A DNA stretch of 64,000 bases from Burkholderiales bacterium. Lineage in GTDB: Bacteria > Pseudomonadota > Gammaproteobacteria > Burkholderiales > Methylophilaceae. Each line of letters starts with the position of its first letter. Position 1 is the stretch's first letter. Position numbers and translations under genes: made by a program. Below, one piece after another: positions 60,944-64,000 of the stretch. Where the stretch lies: the NCBI GenBank assembly GCA_038327905.1, contig JBBQLN010000010.1:11-64010 (forward strand). The letters are read 5' to 3'. A model generated the notes under the pieces. The model was given only the letters and a program-made list of their open reading frames with translations. It made no database searches and was not told where the DNA came from.

Positions 60944-63628
60944 TTAAACTGTCGTTGGGTTAGGCTTGTTAGCATCTAACTTGTATTTTTTAATCGCCTC
61001 AGCCGCTTTGCTTGCTGGCAATTTGCCATCATCTGCCAGCGCTTTAAGTGCAGCCAACACCACGTAATATCTATCCACTTCAAAGAAGCTTCGTAATGCT
61101 TCACGGCTATCTGAACGACCATAACCATCAGTACCTAAAGCAACAAAGCGCTGCGGTACAAAGTTCTGAATTTGGTCCGCAAATGAACGCATATAATCTG
61201 TTGATGCAATTACTGGGCCTTCAGCTTTTTGTAAACACTGAGCCACATAGCTTAGTCTTGGTTTAGCTTCTGGATTCAGCAAGTTTTGACGTTCTGCATC
61301 AATGCCTTCACGGCGTAACTCGGTAAAGCTAGTCACACTCCAAACGTCAGCGGATACACCCCAGTCTTTTTCTAGCAACTCACCCGCAGCAATCACTTCG
61401 CGCAAGATCACACCAGAACCCATCAATTGCACTTTAGGGCCTTTCGCTTTAGATTTGCTAAAGCTGTACATGCCTTTCAAAATACCTTCGGCAGAATCTT
61501 TAGGCATTTCAGGATGCGTGTAGTTTTCATTCATCAAGGTAATGTAGTAATACACATCTTCTTGATTTTGCACCATACGACGCAAACCTTCTTGAATAAT
61601 TACAGCAAGCTCATAAGCAAATGTTGGGTCGTAAGACACACAGTTAGGAATCGTTGCAGACATCAAGTGACTATGACCATCTTCGTGTTGTAAGCCTTCG
61701 CCATTCAATGTGGTACGACCTGCGGTAGCCCCTAACAAGAACCCACGCGCACGGCTATCGCCAGCTGCCCAAGCAAAGTCACCAATGCGTTGGAAACCAA
61801 ACATTGAGTAGTAGATATAAAACGGAATCATTTGCGTGCCTGTGACGCTGTATGACGTTGCAGCAGCTAGCCAGCTGGCGAATGAACCTGCTTCGTTAAT
61901 CCCTTCTTCTAAAATCTGACCAGTTTTTGACTCTTTGTAATACATCACTTGGTCAGAATCTTGTGGATCGTACAACTGGCCTACTGAAGAATAAATACCG
62001 AGTTGTCGGAACATGCCTTCCATACCGAAAGTACGCGCTTCATCTGGCACGATAGGCACCACAAACTTGCCAATTTCTTTATCGCGTACCAAGGTTGAAA
62101 GAATACGCACAAACGCCATTGTTGTTGATATTTCACGCTCGCCTGTTGAGACTAGCATATTCTCAAATGCCGAAAGTTCAGGCACTACAAGTTCATTCCC
62201 TTTAGTGCGACGTTGTGGCACAAAGCCACCCATCGCATTACGACGCTCAGCCAAGTATTTCATTTCGGGGCTATCGTCTGCTGGTTTGTAGAACGACAAG
62301 CTTTCAACTTGTTCGTTTGTTAATGGCAAGTCGAAGCGGTCACGGAATTTTTTAAGTGACTCAATATCCATACTTTTTTGTTGGTGTGTGGTATTTTGAC
62401 CTTCACCCGCATCACCCATGCCGTAACCTTTTACAGTTTTAGCTAAAATGACAGTCGGCTGACCTTTATGATTTACCGCTGAATGATACGCTGCATAAAC
62501 TTTGTGAGGGTCATGACCACCGCGATTTAAGCGCCAAATATCAGCATCAGACATGGCCGCAACCATTTCTTTTAGCTCAGGATATTTACCAAAGAAGTGT
62601 TCGCGTGTATAGGCGCCACCCTTTTGTTTAAAGTTTTGATACTCACCATCTACGCACTCTTCCATGCGTTTTTTGAGCAAACCATCTTTATCCATGGCAA
62701 GTAATGGATCCCAATACGAACCCCACACCACTTTAAGTGCATTCCAGCCCGCACCACGGAAGTTAGACTCAAGCTCTTGAATGATTTTGCCATTACCGCG
62801 CACTGGGCCATCCAAACGTTGCAAGTTACAGTTAATGACGAAAATAAGGTTATCTAAACCTTCACGCGCTGCGAGTGAAATCGCACCCTGTGATTCAGGC
62901 TCATCCATTTCACCATCACCACAGAACACCCAGACCTTGCGGTCGCTGGTATCCGCAATACCGCGGTTATGCATGTATTTTAAGAAGCGCGCTTGATAAA
63001 TGCCTGCCAAAGGGCCTAAACCCATAGACACAGTGGGAAATTGCCAGAAATCTGGCATTAACCAAGGATGTGGGTAGCTAGATAAACCATTACCGCCCGT
63101 TTCTTGGCGGAAGTTATCCATTTGCTCTTCAGTAAATCGACCTTCTAAGAAAGCTCGTGCGTACACACCTGGTGAAGAGTGACCTTGAAAGTAGATGCAA
63201 TCACCTCCAAAGTTTTCATTTGGTGCACGGAAGAAATAGTTGAAGCCAGTATCATACAAAGTAGCCGCAGACTGAAAACTAGCAATATGTCCACCCACAC
63301 CTGGTGATTTTTCATTTGCACGAAGTACCGTCATAATCGCATTCCAGCGAACTAGCGCTCTTACACGGCGCTCCATTTCAGGATCACCAGGTAATTTAGA
63401 CTGCAAATGCGTCGGTATAGTGTTAACGTAAGCTGTAGTGGCTTTATACGGCAAATTACTACCTGAGCGACGTGCTTTATCAATCATAGCCTCGAGCAAA
63501 AAGTGTGCTCGCTCAGTGCCTTCGTTTTCAATAACAGCTGTCAGCGCATCAAGCCATTCTTGTGTTTCTATTGGGTCTGTTTCACTTAAGCCGTTGTCTT
63601 GAATAGTAGCGTTTTGATTCGTTGCCAT
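60944..63628 (-). CDS. aceE: Pyruvate dehydrogenase E1 component (homodimeric type)
   Basis: From the ATG at 63628 (GGAG about 10 nt upstream) the product is 894 aa, similar to E. coli AceE. The N-terminus is MATNQ..DPIETQEWLDAL. The 24-aa extension in the ORF track is probably not translated. Confidence 0.92.
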   Translation of the reverse strand: MATNQNATIQDNGLSETDPIETQEWLDALTAVIENEGTERAHFLLEAMIDKARRSGSNLPYKATTAYVNTIPTHLQSKLPGDPEMERRVRALVRWNAIMTVLRANEKSPGVGGHIASFQSAATLYDTGFNYFFRAPNENFGGDCIYFQGHSSPGVYARAFLEGRFTEEQMDNFRQETGGNGLSSYPHPWLMPDFWQFPTVSMGLGPLAGIYQARFLKYMHNRGIADTSDRKVWVFCGDGEMDEPESQGAISLAAREGLDNLIFVINCNLQRLDGPVRGNGKIIQELESNFRGAGWNALKVVWGSYWDPLLAMDKDGLLKKRMEECVDGEYQNFKQKGGAYTREHFFGKYPELKEMVAAMSDADIWRLNRGGHDPHKVYAAYHSAVNHKGQPTVILAKTVKGYGMGDAGEGQNTTHQQKSMDIESLKKFRDRFDLPLTNEQVESLSFYKPADDSPEMKYLAERRNAMGGFVPQRRTKGNELVVPELSAFENMLVSTGEREISTTMAFVRILSTLVRDKEIGKFVVPIVPDEARTFGMEGMFRQLGIYSSVGQLYDPQDSDQVMYYKESKTGQILEEGINEAGSFASWLAAATSYSVTGTQMIPFYIYYSMFGFQRIGDFAWAAGDSRARGFLLGATAGRTTLNGEGLQHEDGHSHLMSATIPNCVSYDPTFAYELAVIIQEGLRRMVQNQEDVYYYITLMNENYTHPEMPKDSAEGILKGMYSFSKSKAKGPKVQLMGSGVILREVIAAGELLEKDWGVSADVWSVTSFTELRREGIDAERQNLLNPEAKPRLSYVAQCLQKAEGPVIASTDYMRSFADQIQNFVPQRFVALGTDGYGRSDSREALRSFFEVDRYYVVLAALKALADDGKLPASKAAEAIKKYKLDANKPNPTTV

Positions 63629-63892
63629 GCGTGAGATTTCTCCGTGTTGTGGTTCCTGCGCGTATAATTTATCAGTTAAGTATACAAAATGGCACAGCAA
63701 CTAAACGTGATTAGATTGTTCAATACGATTAGAATATTCAAATCGTCGAACTTGCCTTTAAAAATTAATTTTGAGGCTATAGTGTGTCTTTTTTAGGCTT
63801 TTTGGTCAAGTTAAACCGTGCGGAATAGCCCGTAAATTATTGATATCTGCTACGATAGTCTTAGATATCATATAAGAGTTAGAGGGAAATAA

Positions 63893-64000
63893 ATGTCATT
63901 AAAATTAAGTCAATTTTCTGAAATTGGTAGTGAAAATACGCTAACTTCGTATAAGCATATGCTTTTTGTTCTAACCGAAAATGAAGCTGAAAACATTCCT
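63893..64000 (+). CDS. 5' end of an unidentified ORF (runs off the window)
   Basis: ATG at 63893 preceded by AGAGGGA. 36 codons are open to the window edge (MSLKLSQFSEIGSENTLTSYKHMLFVLTENEAENIP). No family recognised. Confidence 0.35.
   Translation, partial: MSLKLSQFSEIGSENTLTSYKHMLFVLTENEAENIP

Overview
This is a 64-kb chromosomal window. I saw no rRNA, tRNA, CRISPR array, transposase or integrase. The gene content is acnB, a class I fumarase, sdhCDAB-sdhE without sucABCD, prpBCD, an mxaRSACKL-like accessory set, and a pyruvate dehydrogenase (PDH) cluster whose LpdA carries a lipoyl domain. Together with roughly 38-48% G+C in hand-counted samples, this suggests a betaproteobacterial methylotroph of the Methylophilaceae type. 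That assignment is inference only. All functional calls come from motifs and recalled family sequences, because no database search was possible.

Layout:
- 1-7.2 kb: housekeeping and accessory genes (RIO kinase, tautomerase, CDF transporter, rlmJ, membrane proteins, an SDR/LysR pair, a lipoprotein).
- 7.3-27.4 kb: a dense central-carbon supercluster. It contains acnB and a 10-gene minus-strand operon (gntR, malic enzyme, sdhCDAB, sdhE, CitE-like lyase, acyl-CoA synthetase, fumarase). That operon faces a plus-strand operon (CitE-like, double MaoC hydratase, CitE-like, prpB, prpC, prpD).
- 27.5-34.6 kb: a MocR regulator divergent from a six-gene, translationally coupled MoxR/DUF58/VWA/TPR module.
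- 34.8-46.2 kb: secreted protein, purB, tamAB, NYN-LOTUS protein, wrbA and an FAD oxidase.
- 46.2-63.6 kb: a decayed ParE-like toxin-antitoxin (TA) pair, then a PDH cluster (aceE-aceF ... lpdA) split by about 11 kb. The insert carries a 2000-aa thioester alpha-2-macroglobulin, pbpC, an MscS channel and an orphan zinc-ribbon PD-(D/E)xK nuclease.

Best candidates for something undescribed:
- the orphan MoxR/VWA module at the centre of the window
- the CitE/MaoC genes fused to the methylcitrate operon
- the stand-alone Card1-like nuclease
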